A stretch of DNA of 64,000 nt from Dehalococcoidia bacterium (GTDB lineage Bacteria > Chloroflexota > Dehalococcoidia > UBA2979): the NCBI GenBank assembly GCA_963667515.2, contig CAXXXY010000009.1:10569-74568 (forward strand), written 5' to 3'. The position numbers and the translations under genes are program-made. Below, in pieces: positions 55,453 through 64,000 of the stretch (position 1 is the first letter of the stretch; each line of letters begins with the position of its first letter). Under the pieces are notes generated by a model. It saw nothing but the letters and a program-made list of their open reading frames with translations. It was not told the origin of the DNA and did not search any database.

Positions 55453-56504
55453 TTGTACTACCCAGGAAGGTTGTTCACAGGCGGGAGGCGGGGACGGCCC
55501 CGCCGACGCCACCGTGCGGTCGGCGGTGATTGTAGCGGTAGAGCCAGCGTGGGAGCTGGCGCAGCCGCTCGGCGTTGGAGCGGTAGGGGCGGGCGTAGGC
55601 CCACTCGTTCTGCAGGATCTGGATGAAACGCTCGGCTTTGCCGTTCGTCTGCGGGCGGTAGGGCCGCGTGTGCGACAGCCGCACGTCTGCGGCAGCGGCG
55701 GCGCCGTGGAAGCTGCGGGCGACGGTGTAGGCCTTCGCGTTGTCGGTCAGGACCCGGCGCACGCGCACGCCACGCCGGCGGAAGGCCGCGAGCGCCTGCT
55801 CGAGGAAGGCGGCGCAGCTCGCGCCACGCTCGTCGGGCAGGACGGAGACGTAGGCGTAACGGCTGTGGTCGTCGACGGCGACGTGTAGGTACTCCAGCCC
55901 CAGCGAACGCCGCGAATGCGGCCCGGAGCGCGTCTCGGCGAAGCCAGGCGCCATTCGCTTGCCGCCGCCCTCGGGGACGCGCCCGAGCTTCTTCACGTCG
56001 AGATGCAGCAGGTCGCCGGGGGCGTCGTGCTCGTAGCGGACCGGCTCCCGGGTGACGCGGTGCAGGCGGTCGAGCCGGTTGAGGCCGCGGCGCCGCAGCA
56101 CGGCGTAGACCGTGGAGCGGGCGACCCCGAGCGCCCACTGGATGCGATGCGGCCCGAATCCCTGCGTGCGTCGCACGGCGCAGATGCGTCGCTCCAGCTC
56201 GGGCGGCGTGCGCCGGGGATGCGCGCGCGGGGCGGAGCTGCGGTCCTCGAGCCCTGCCGCTCCCTCCGCCCGGAAGCGCCCCAGCCACTTGGCAACGGTG
56301 TGGCGGGAGACGCGGAAGTGGCGAGCGACCTCAGCCTGGGGCCAGCCGGCGTCCACTTCCCGCACGAGCTCGAGTCGGGTCAGCGGCGTCAGCCGCGCGT
56401 TACGATGGGCCATGAGGGTGTCCTCTCCTCGCTACTGCCGTGCTGTCACACACAGCAGCGGGCGAGGCCCCTCATCCTGTCAACAACCTACGTGGGAACT
56501 ACAG
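55453..56504 (-). mobile_element. IS481 copy 3 (intact, 1052 bp)
   Basis: CTAG at 55449-55452 and 56505-56508; both TIRs present. Confidence 0.96.
55475..56413 (-). CDS. IS481 transposase
   Basis: 312 aa, leucine-zipper N-terminus plus DDE core. Confidence 0.95.
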   Translation of the reverse strand: MAHRNARLTPLTRLELVREVDAGWPQAEVARHFRVSRHTVAKWLGRFRAEGAAGLEDRSSAPRAHPRRTPPELERRICAVRRTQGFGPHRIQWALGVARSTVYAVLRRRGLNRLDRLHRVTREPVRYEHDAPGDLLHLDVKKLGRVPEGGGKRMAPGFAETRSGPHSRRSLGLEYLHVAVDDHSRYAYVSVLPDERGASCAAFLEQALAAFRRRGVRVRRVLTDNAKAYTVARSFHGAAAAADVRLSHTRPYRPQTNGKAERFIQILQNEWAYARPYRSNAERLRQLPRWLYRYNHRRPHGGVGGAVPASRL

Positions 56505-56717
56505 CTAGCCGTCGTCGTCTTCGTCCTCGTCGTCCTGGTCCACGTAGAGCTTCCCGTCCCACGCCCAGTCCTCCACCGAATGCTCGCTGAACAGCACGTG
56601 GGTCTGCTCCGGGCGAGTGTGGGCGATGTTGCAGACCGCGTCTGTGATCACGCGGACCAGCTCGCGCTTCTGCGCGAGCGAGCGGCCCGGCAGCAGCTCG
56701 ATGCGGACGATCGGCAC
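56505..56717 (-). CDS. 4-oxalocrotonate tautomerase family protein
   Basis: Pro1 in PIVRIELLPGRSLAQK, W..DG. Confidence 0.9.
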   Translation of the reverse strand: MPIVRIELLPGRSLAQKRELVRVITDAVCNIAHTRPEQTHVLFSEHSVEDWAWDGKLYVDQDDEDEDDDG

Positions 56718-56908
56718 GGCGGCCTCCCCATCTCGGCGCCGGCTCGCGCTCGCGAGCCGGGCCATCGTGTCGGCCGCGAGCGCGGGGGCGTGCGCGGCCG
56801 ACTGCGCCCGGCGATCGCCCGGGCGGCCCGCGCATCGTCGCGCCGGGCGTCGAGGGCTGCAACAACTGTGCGCTTGCGTGAGCGGATTAGCGCCGCCTAG
56901 GATGCCGC

Positions 56909-57625
56909 ATGCCACCACCCCGACCGGCCGCTGCGCGGTCGAGCGGCGCTCGGCGGCCGGTGCCCAGCTCGCGGGTGGAGCGGGCGCTGCGCCGTGACGG
57001 GCATGCGCGCGTCGCCGGCGTGGACGAGGTGGGGCGCGGGCCGCTCGCGGGCCCCGTGGTCGCGGGGGCGGTGGTGCTCCCCGAGCGCCGGCTGCGCTGG
57101 CTCCCCGAGCTGCGCGACTCGAAGCTGCTCACCGCCCGCCAGCGCGAGCGCCTCGCGGAGCTGGTGCGCCGGCGCTGCGAGTGGGGGATCGGCGTCGTCT
57201 CCACGCAGGCGATCGACCAGCTCGGCATCGGCCCCGCGACGCGCCTCGCGATGCGCCGTGCCGTGCTCGCGCTGCCGCGACCGCCCGATGCGCTGATCGT
57301 GGACGGCCGCGAGCGCCTGGAGCACGCCGCCCGCCAGCAGCCGCTGGTGGACGCGGACGCGCTCTGCCGCTCGGTGTCGGCGGCGAGCATCGTCGCGAAG
57401 GTCGCGCGCGACGCGATGATGCGCGAGCTGGACGGCCGGCTCCCGGGCTACGGCTTCGCGCGGCACGTCGGCTACTCCACGCCCGAGCACCGCGAGGCGC
57501 TGCGCCGCCTCGGCTACAGCACGGCGCATCGCCTCACGTTTGCCCCCGTGCGGCAGGCGCTGGCCGCGCCGGGCGCGCGCGCCGTCGCTCCGCCCGAACG
57601 CCGCGCGCTGGCCGTGCCCGCGTGA
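56909..57625 (+). CDS. rnhB: ribonuclease HII
   Basis: GVDEVGRGPLAGPV, DSK, VDG, AASIVAKVARD. Confidence 0.96.
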   Translation: MPPPRPAAARSSGARRPVPSSRVERALRRDGHARVAGVDEVGRGPLAGPVVAGAVVLPERRLRWLPELRDSKLLTARQRERLAELVRRRCEWGIGVVSTQAIDQLGIGPATRLAMRRAVLALPRPPDALIVDGRERLEHAARQQPLVDADALCRSVSAASIVAKVARDAMMRELDGRLPGYGFARHVGYSTPEHREALRRLGYSTAHRLTFAPVRQALAAPGARAVAPPERRALAVPA

Positions 57626-57669
57626 GCGCGAGCGCGACCCCGTGAGCGCCCCACAGTGAGCGGGCTACA

Positions 57670-58020
57670 GTGAGCGTGCGGCAGCGCCTCGGCGCGTCGG
57701 GGGAGCGCGTCGCGGCGCACTACCTGGAGCGGCGCGGCTACCGCGTGATCGATCGCAACGTGCGGCGCGCCGAGGGCGAGATCGATCTCGTCGCGCTGGC
57801 GGGCGCCGCCGGCAGCCCCGACGCCACGCTCGTCTTCGTCGAGGTGAAGCTGCGGCGCTCGGCGCGGGCGGGGCGCGCCGTCGAGGCGCTCTCGGCCGCC
57901 AAGCGCGAGCGCCTCTGTCGCCTCGCCGAGGGCTACGCCGCCGATCACCCGGAGCTGCCCGCCGCGCTGCGCATCGACCTGCTCGCGATCGACCTCGCGC
58001 CCGGCGGCACCCGGTGTGGC
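57670..58020 (+). CDS. YraN family endonuclease-like protein, C-terminus disrupted
   Basis: G..GE, GEIDLVA, FVEVK, RIDL; follows rnhB and runs into IS-derived sequence. Confidence 0.85.
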
Positions 58021-58879
58021 CGGGAGGCGTGTAGCGAGGGCTACGCTCGGCTTTGCCGTTCGTCTGCGGGCGGTAGGGCCGCGTGTGCGACAGCCGCACG
58101 TCTGCGGCAGCGGCGGCGCCGTGGAAGCTGCGGGCGACGGTGTAGGCCTTCGCGTTGTCGGTCAGGACCCGGCGCACGCGCACGCCACGCCGGCGGAAGG
58201 CCGCGAGCGCCGCTCGAGGAAGGCGGCGCGACGCTCGTCGGGCAGGACGGAGACGTAGGCGTAACGGCTGTGGTCGTCGACGGCGACGTACTCCAGCCCC
58301 AGCGAACGCCGCGAATGCGGCCCGGAGCGCGTCTCGGCGAAGCCACGCCATCGGGGACGCGCCCGAGCTTCTTCACGTCGAGATGCAGAGGTCGCCGGGG
58401 GCGTCGTGCTCGTAGCGGACCGGCTCCCGGGTGACGCGGTGCAGGCGGTCGAGCCGGTTGAGGCCGCGGCGCCGCAGCACGGCGACCGTGGAGCGGGCGA
58501 CCCCGAGCGCCCACTGGTGCGATGCGGCCCGAATCCCTGCGTGCGTCGCACGGCGCAGATGCGTCGCTCCAGCTCGGGCGGCGTGCGCCGGGGATGCGCG
58601 CGCGGGGCGGAGCTGCGGTCCTCGAGCCCTGCCGCTCCCTCCGCCCGGAAGCGCCCCAGCCACTTGGCAACGGTGTGGCGGGAGACGCGGAAGTGGCGAG
58701 CGACCTCAGCCTGGGGCCAGCCGGCGTCCACTTCCCGCACGAGCTCGAGTCGGGTCAGCGGCGTCAGCCGCGCGTTACGATGGGCCATGAGGGTGTCCTC
58801 TCCTCGCTACTGCCGTGCTGTCACACACAGCAGCGGGCGAGGCCCCTCATCCTGTCAACAACCTACGTGGGAACTACAG
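58019..58879 (-). mobile_element. IS481 copy 4, degenerate and truncated
   Basis: Left end and CTAG (58880-58883) intact; small deletions accumulate towards 58020; right end missing. Confidence 0.9.
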
Positions 58880-58990
58880 CTAGCCGCGCCGCTCGCCGCA
58901 TCGCGCGGCGGCCCCGGGGCTCCGCGCGGCCGCCTCGCTCGCTACACTTCGCGGGACGGTCGGTGCTGTGAACGAGAGGGATTGGGAGAC

Positions 58991-59221
58991 GTGTCGCTCT
59001 ACCCCTACCATTGCCGCGTCTGCGGCGAGACGACGGAGATCTTCGCCCGCACGCCGAGCGAGGACCTGGGCCCGAAGCTGCTCTGTGCGCACTGTTGGTC
59101 GAAGGAGCTCGATCGGCGGCTGGCGCCGCCGCGGCTTCCCGCCGACGAGAAGGAGCTGCGCGGGATGCTGCGGCGCCGCGCCGAGGCCGAGGGCATCGGC
59201 CGCTCCCACCTCGATCCGTAG
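58991..59221 (+). CDS. FmdB family zinc-ribbon protein
   Basis: LYPYHCRVCG..CAHC. Confidence 0.75.
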   Translation: MSLYPYHCRVCGETTEIFARTPSEDLGPKLLCAHCWSKELDRRLAPPRLPADEKELRGMLRRRAEAEGIGRSHLDP

Positions 59222-59237
59222 CGGGAAGCCGCTGCGC

Positions 59238-59561
59238 GTGCCGCTGTTCGAGTACCGCTGCGCCGCCTGCTCGCGCGTGACGGAGCTCCTCGTGCGCTCG
59301 GCGGCCGCGCCCGGCAAGCCGAGGTGCGAGCACTGCGGCTCGCGCCGCATGAGCCGCGAGCTGTCGCGGGTGCGGCGCGGCCGCACCGACTCCGACGTGG
59401 CAGCCGAGTCGAGCGGTGACGGCGTGGACGATCCGCGGATGCTCGGTCGCTGGGTCGAGGATCGCTTCGAGCAGTACGGGATGGAGATCCCGGAGGGCGC
59501 GCGCGAGGTGATCGACGCCGCCCGCGAGGGCGATCTCCCCGGCCCCCTCGACGATCTCTAA
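59238..59561 (+). CDS. FmdB family zinc-ribbon protein
   Basis: PLFEYRCAAC..CEHCGS. Confidence 0.85.
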   Translation: MPLFEYRCAACSRVTELLVRSAAAPGKPRCEHCGSRRMSRELSRVRRGRTDSDVAAESSGDGVDDPRMLGRWVEDRFEQYGMEIPEGAREVIDAAREGDLPGPLDDL

Positions 59562-59656
59562 CGCGCGCGAGCGTTCCGCTCGACGAGCGTTCCGCTCGAC
59601 CGGGTGGGAGCGGAGCAGGCCCCCGGGCCTCGCCGCACCTCGAGGGGCTTCCGCTC

Positions 59657-59900
59657 CACGCGCCGCCCGAACGCCCGCCACCGTCGAGCAGCAGCGGAAG
59701 CCCCTCGAGTGCGGCGAAGCGCTGCCGCCCCTCGTCGCTGCCGCAGGCGCCGTCTGAACGCCCGCCACCGTCGAGCAGCAGCGGAAGCCCCTCGAGTGCA
59801 GCGGAACGCTGCCCGCCCTCGTCGCCGCCCCACGCGCCGCCTGAATGCCCGCCACCGTCTAGCAGGAGTGGCAGCCCCTCGAATGCAACGGAACGTTGCC
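59657..59900 (+). repeat. 3x ~87 bp tandem repeat containing the REP-like core
   Basis: GAACGCCCGCCACCGTCGAGCAGCAGCGGAAGCCCCTCGAGTGC recurs with an ~87 bp period. Confidence 0.9.
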
Positions 59901-59986
59901 GGCGGAACGCTGCCTGACCGTGGCTCATAGCAGAGGTGGGTGGCTACTATTCGCGCGTCTCGCGGTGGGCAGACGCAGAGGAACGC

Positions 59987-62101
59987 ATGGAAGTCCTGTA
60001 TCTGGCGCTGGCCGCGGGAATCCTCGCGCTGCTGTTCGCCGTCGTCGTCACGCGGCAGGTCATCGCCGAGGACGAGGGCGACGAGGCGATGCAGGGCATC
60101 GCGCGGGCCATCCAGGCGGGCGCGGCGGCCTTCCTGCGGCGCGAGTACACGTTCCTCGCCGCGTTCGTCGTCGTCGTCGCGGTGATCATCGCCGTCTTCG
60201 TCGACTTCGACGTCACCGACAAGTACGAGGACCTGGGGCTCGGCGAGTCGGGGCGCGGGACGGACCTCCCGCGCAGCACCCTCGCCTACCTGCTGGGCGC
60301 GATCACCTCCGGCGCGGCGGGCTACATCGGCATGTACGTCGCGGTGCGCGCCAACGTGCGCACGGCCGCGAAGGCGCGGGTGGGGCTCAACCCGGCGCTG
60401 CGCGTCGCCTTCTCCTCCGGCACCGTCATGGGGATGACCGTGGTTGGCCTGAGCCTGACCGCGATCAGCCTGCTCTACCTCACGTTCGAGTCAGTGGAGC
60501 CGCTGACGGCGTTCGCATTCGGCGCCTCCTCGATCGCGCTCTTCGCGCGCGTGGGCGGCGGCATCTTCACCAAGGCCGCCGACGTCGGCGCCGACCTCGT
60601 CGGCAAGGTCGAGGTGGGCATCCCGGAAGACGACCCGCGCAACCCCGCGGCCATCGCGGACAACGTCGGCGACAACGTCGGCGACGTGGCGGGCATGGGC
60701 GCCGACCTGTTCGAGTCCTACTCCGGCTCGATCGTCGCGACGATGTCGCTCGCCGCCGTCGCGGTCGTCGGCTCGACCAGCGAAGGCGAGAACGCCGTCT
60801 TCGACGGCGGGGCGCTCGGCGTCTTCGACGGCGGCGCCGACGCGCTGCTGTTCGACTCGGAGCCGCTGGTGCTGCCGCTGCTGGTGATGGCGATCGGGAT
60901 CGCCTCGTCGATCCTCGGCACGTTCCTCGTGCGCACCGGCGAGCAGGCGACCATGGGGCGCCTGCTGTGGGCGCTGCGCGCCGGCATCTTCGGCGCGGGC
61001 GGCCTCGTGCTGATCGGGACGGCGATCGCGGTCGCGGTGCTCGATCTGAAGTTCGACCTCTTCTGGGCGGTGCTCGTCGGGCTGGTCGCCGGGCAGGTCA
61101 TCGGTACGGCCACCGAGTACTACACGGCGTACGAGTTCAAGCCAACGCAGAATCTGGCGGCGCAGTCAGAGACGGGCCCGGCGACGCTCATCATCGGCGG
61201 CCTCTCCCTCGGCATGCTCTCCACCGTCATCCCGATGCTCTCGATCGTGGCCGCGATCTGGATCACCTTCGAGCTGGCGGGCCTCTACGGGATCGCGCTC
61301 GCCGCCGTGGGGATGCTCTCGACGCTGGGCATCACGCTCGCCTCGGACGCCTACGGGCCGGTCGCGGACAACGCCGGCGGCATCGCCGAGCAGGCGCACC
61401 TGCCGCCCGAGGTCCGGGAGCGCACGGACGCGCTCGACTCGCTCGGCAACACCACCGCGGCGACGGGCAAGGGCTTCGCCATCGGCTCGGCGGTGCTGAC
61501 CTCGCTGGCGCTGATGGTGACGTACTCCCAGATCACCGGGCTGACCAGCTTCGACCTGCTCGTCGTGGAGGTGCTGCTGGGCTTCCTCATCGGCGCGCTC
61601 ATGCCGTTCATCTTCAGCGCGCTGACGATGGGCGCGGTCGGGCGCGCGGCGATCGCTATGGTGAACGAGGTGCGGCGCCAGTTCCGCGAGCACCCCGGGA
61701 TCATGGACGGAACCGAAGAGCCTGACCCGGAGCGCGCGGTGGCGATCGCGACCGACGGCGCCATCCGCGAGATGGTCCTCCCCGGCGCGATCGCGGTGAT
61801 CGTGCCGGTCGCGGTCGGCATCTTCATCGGCGCGGACGCGCTCGGCGGGCTGCTGGTCGGCTCGATCGGGGCCGGCGCGCTGCTCGCGCTAATGATGGCG
61901 AACGCGGGGGGCGCCTGGGACAACGCGAAGAAGTACATCGAGGCCGGCCACCTCGGCGGCAAGGGCTCGGACGCCCACAAGGCGGCCGTCGTCGGCGACA
62001 CGGTGGGCGACCCGTTCAAGGACACCTCGGGCCCGTCGCTGAACATCCTGCTGAAGCTGATGGCGATCGTCGCCGTGGTCTTCGGCCCGCTCTTCCTCTA
62101 G
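59987..62101 (+). CDS. hppA: membrane-integral pyrophosphatase, K+-dependent (probably Na+-pumping)
   Basis: DVGADLVGKVE, EDDPRN, DNVGDNVGD, GNTTAA, DTVGDPFKD. Confidence 0.95.
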   Translation: MEVLYLALAAGILALLFAVVVTRQVIAEDEGDEAMQGIARAIQAGAAAFLRREYTFLAAFVVVVAVIIAVFVDFDVTDKYEDLGLGESGRGTDLPRSTLAYLLGAITSGAAGYIGMYVAVRANVRTAAKARVGLNPALRVAFSSGTVMGMTVVGLSLTAISLLYLTFESVEPLTAFAFGASSIALFARVGGGIFTKAADVGADLVGKVEVGIPEDDPRNPAAIADNVGDNVGDVAGMGADLFESYSGSIVATMSLAAVAVVGSTSEGENAVFDGGALGVFDGGADALLFDSEPLVLPLLVMAIGIASSILGTFLVRTGEQATMGRLLWALRAGIFGAGGLVLIGTAIAVAVLDLKFDLFWAVLVGLVAGQVIGTATEYYTAYEFKPTQNLAAQSETGPATLIIGGLSLGMLSTVIPMLSIVAAIWITFELAGLYGIALAAVGMLSTLGITLASDAYGPVADNAGGIAEQAHLPPEVRERTDALDSLGNTTAATGKGFAIGSAVLTSLALMVTYSQITGLTSFDLLVVEVLLGFLIGALMPFIFSALTMGAVGRAAIAMVNEVRRQFREHPGIMDGTEEPDPERAVAIATDGAIREMVLPGAIAVIVPVAVGIFIGADALGGLLVGSIGAGALLALMMANAGGAWDNAKKYIEAGHLGGKGSDAHKAAVVGDTVGDPFKDTSGPSLNILLKLMAIVAVVFGPLFL

Positions 62102-62224
62102 GCAGCGTTCCGCTGCACTCGAGGGGCTGCCGGCAGCGTTCCGCTGCACTCGAGGGGCTGCCGGCAGCGTTCCGCTGCACTCGAGGGGCTGCCGGCAGCG
62201 TTCCGCTGCACTCGAGGGGCTGCC
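62101..62224 (-). repeat. 4x31 bp perfect tandem REP-like repeat
   Basis: GGCAGCGTTCCGCTGCACTCGAGGGGCTGCC x4 with no spacers. Confidence 0.95.
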
Positions 62225-62447
62225 GCTCCTCGCGGACGAGGGGGGCGTGGGGGCGAGGCGTCAGCGCGCGAGAGGGCTTGCGCGGCGTTAGCGCGGAGCC
62301 CGACGCGGCGAAGCGAAACGAACGAGGGCCGGCGTCACGCTGGCCATCGTCGCGTCTCCGGCCGCCTTTCGGGGAGCGCTCGCGAGCCTTCTCCACGGCC
62401 GCGCGGGCGCCTGGGTACCGCCCTCGCTCTCGCAGGAGCGGCAGCCC

Positions 62448-63086
62448 CTAGTCAGGCCGAAGGCCTGCGAAGGGGTTGGAGCGCTTCTCCTCGCCGATCG
62501 TCGTGGCGGGGCCGTGGCCGGGATAGACCGTCGTCTCGTCGGGGAGCGGGAAGAGCCGCTCGTGGATGGAGCCGACCAGCTGCTCGTGGCTGCCGCCCTC
62601 GAAGTCCGTGCGCCCGATCGAGCCCTGGAACAGCACGTCGCCGGTATACACCGCGCCCGGCTCGCTCACGCAGAGGCTGCCGGGGGTGTGGCCCGGGGTG
62701 TGCAGCGCGGTCAGCGTCACGCCGCCCACCTCGACGGTGTCGCCGTGGGCGAGGTAGCGGTCGGGCTCGCGGGGGACCGTTACGGGGTGGCCGTACCACT
62801 CGCTGACGTTTGCGGCGTTCCCCGCGATGCGCGGGTAGTCCTCCGCGTGCATCAGGAACTGCGCGCCGGGCGAGCCCTCCAGCAGCTCATGCACGGCGCC
62901 CGAGTGGTCGACGTGGAAGTGCGTGGCCAGCACGGCCACCACCCGCAGCTCGCGCTTGGCGAGCTCCTCCAGCAGCACGGGGCCCTGGTCGCCGGGGTCG
63001 ATGACGAGCACCTCGCGGCTCTCCTCGTCGCCGACGGCGTAGCAGTTCGCCTGTAGCTGTCCCACGACGAAGCTCTGCAGCAGCAC
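62448..63086 (-). CDS. MBL-fold metallo-hydrolase (glyoxalase II-like)
   Basis: THFHVDH, TPGHTPG, GDVLFQGSIGRTD, PGHG. Confidence 0.93.
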   Translation of the reverse strand: MLLQSFVVGQLQANCYAVGDEESREVLVIDPGDQGPVLLEELAKRELRVVAVLATHFHVDHSGAVHELLEGSPGAQFLMHAEDYPRIAGNAANVSEWYGHPVTVPREPDRYLAHGDTVEVGGVTLTALHTPGHTPGSLCVSEPGAVYTGDVLFQGSIGRTDFEGGSHEQLVGSIHERLFPLPDETTVYPGHGPATTIGEEKRSNPFAGLRPD

Positions 63087-63182
63087 GTGCGCCTCCCTCT
63101 TCGCGCGCCAGCCTGCCACGGCGGGCGGCGAGGCGCACCCGAAGCGAGTCCGGCACGAGGCCGGTGCGCGGCCTCTAGAGGA

Positions 63183-64000
63183 GGGGGATTATATACCTGG
63201 TGATCCACGCCCCCTGGAGCGATACAATGGTACCCACAGGAGGCAGCCATGACAGCACCGGGCCAGAGCAACCGCAACGGGATCAGCCTCGCGGAGCTGT
63301 TCGCAATGTTCCCCGATGACGCCGCCGCTGAGCGATGGTTCTGTGAGGCACGCTGGCCGAGCGGCGTCGGCTGCCCTCACTGCGGGTCGATGAACGTCCA
63401 GGCGGGCGCTGCCCACAAGATGCCCTACCGCTGCCGCGACTGTCGGCAGCGCTTCAGCACTCGCACCGGGACCACCATGGCTGACTCCAAGCTCGGCTAC
63501 CAGAAGTGGGCGATCGCCATCTACCTCGTCACCACGTCCCTCAAGGGTGTGTCGAGCATGAAGCTCCACCGCGACCTCGGAATCACGCAGAAGTCCGCGT
63601 GGCACCTCGCGCACCGCATCCGGCGAGCATGGGTGGACAACGGCGATGGGCCGTTCGATGGACCCGTCGAGGCGGATGAGACGTTCGTGGGTGGCAAGGA
63701 GCGCAACAAGCACGAGAGCAAGCGCCTCCACGCTGGCCGTGGCGCAGTTGGCAAGGTCGCCGTCGCTGGCGTCAAGGATCGCGCTACGGGCCGCGTGAGC
63801 GCCGCTGTGGTCGAACGGACGGACGGGGCGACGCTCAAGCCCTTTGTGCTCTCCCGCGTCGCGCAGGAGGCCGACATCTACACCGACGAACACGGCGCGT
63901 ATCACGGGCTGCCGAACCACGCGACCGTGGCGCACAGCGTTGGCGAGTACGTTCGCGGGCAAGCGCACACGAACGGCATCGAGTCGTTCTGGAGCTTGCT
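63183..64000 (+). mobile_element. IS1595-family element, runs off the window
   Basis: AT-richer end GGGGGATTATATACC followed by a transposase. Confidence 0.85.
63249..64000 (+). CDS. IS1595 transposase (partial)
   Basis: Manual translation: CPHCG, YRCRDC, KGVSSMKLHRDLGITQKSAW, EADETFVGG, YTDE, HTNGIESFWS. Confidence 0.92.
   Translation, partial: MTAPGQSNRNGISLAELFAMFPDDAAAERWFCEARWPSGVGCPHCGSMNVQAGAAHKMPYRCRDCRQRFSTRTGTTMADSKLGYQKWAIAIYLVTTSLKGVSSMKLHRDLGITQKSAWHLAHRIRRAWVDNGDGPFDGPVEADETFVGGKERNKHESKRLHAGRGAVGKVAVAGVKDRATGRVSAAVVERTDGATLKPFVLSRVAQEADIYTDEHGAYHGLPNHATVAHSVGEYVRGQAHTNGIESFWSL

Noticed and set aside
58991-59561. Tandem zinc-ribbon genes as a toxin-antitoxin pair
   Set aside because: Both look like FmdB-type proteins; no toxin motif
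59657-59900. CRISPR array or repeat-protein ORF
   Set aside because: Linkers are homologous to each other; the overlapping ORFs are just translations of the repeat
62101-62224. CRISPR array (31-bp repeats)
   Set aside because: Repeats are contiguous with no spacers; no cas genes in the window

Overview
Very GC-rich bacterial chromosome segment. The 16S sequence and the ClpC and FtsH N-termini point to Chloroflexota, probably Dehalococcoidia; this is from recall, not a search. It is mostly core genes: an rRNA locus (16S-tRNA-Ile-tRNA-Ala-23S-tRNA-fMet-5S), tRNA-Val, methylmalonyl-CoA mutase genes, tilS, rpsA, clpC, mreBCD-mrdA-rodA, ligA, hisHAFI, rplU-rpmA-rpmE, ftsH, rnhB and hppA. There is also an orphan catabolic cluster (cyclic amidohydrolase, CaiB, CitE, cyclase, MmgE/PrpD, SnoaL). 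Mobile DNA is dense: four near-identical IS481 copies at CTAG sites, a nested IS481>IS3>IS30 element, a second IS3-family element and a partial IS1595. Notable oddities are a dispersed REP-like repeat that forms tandem arrays next to stop codons, lesions in both mreC (TAA) and mrdA (+1 frameshift fusing it to rodA), a stand-alone voltage-sensor-like protein, a head-to-head junction of two 5'-truncated genes beside a probable eCIS-associated gene, tRNA-fMet between 23S and 5S, and several probable leaderless genes. Some lesions may be long-read consensus errors. All family calls come from motif recognition only.
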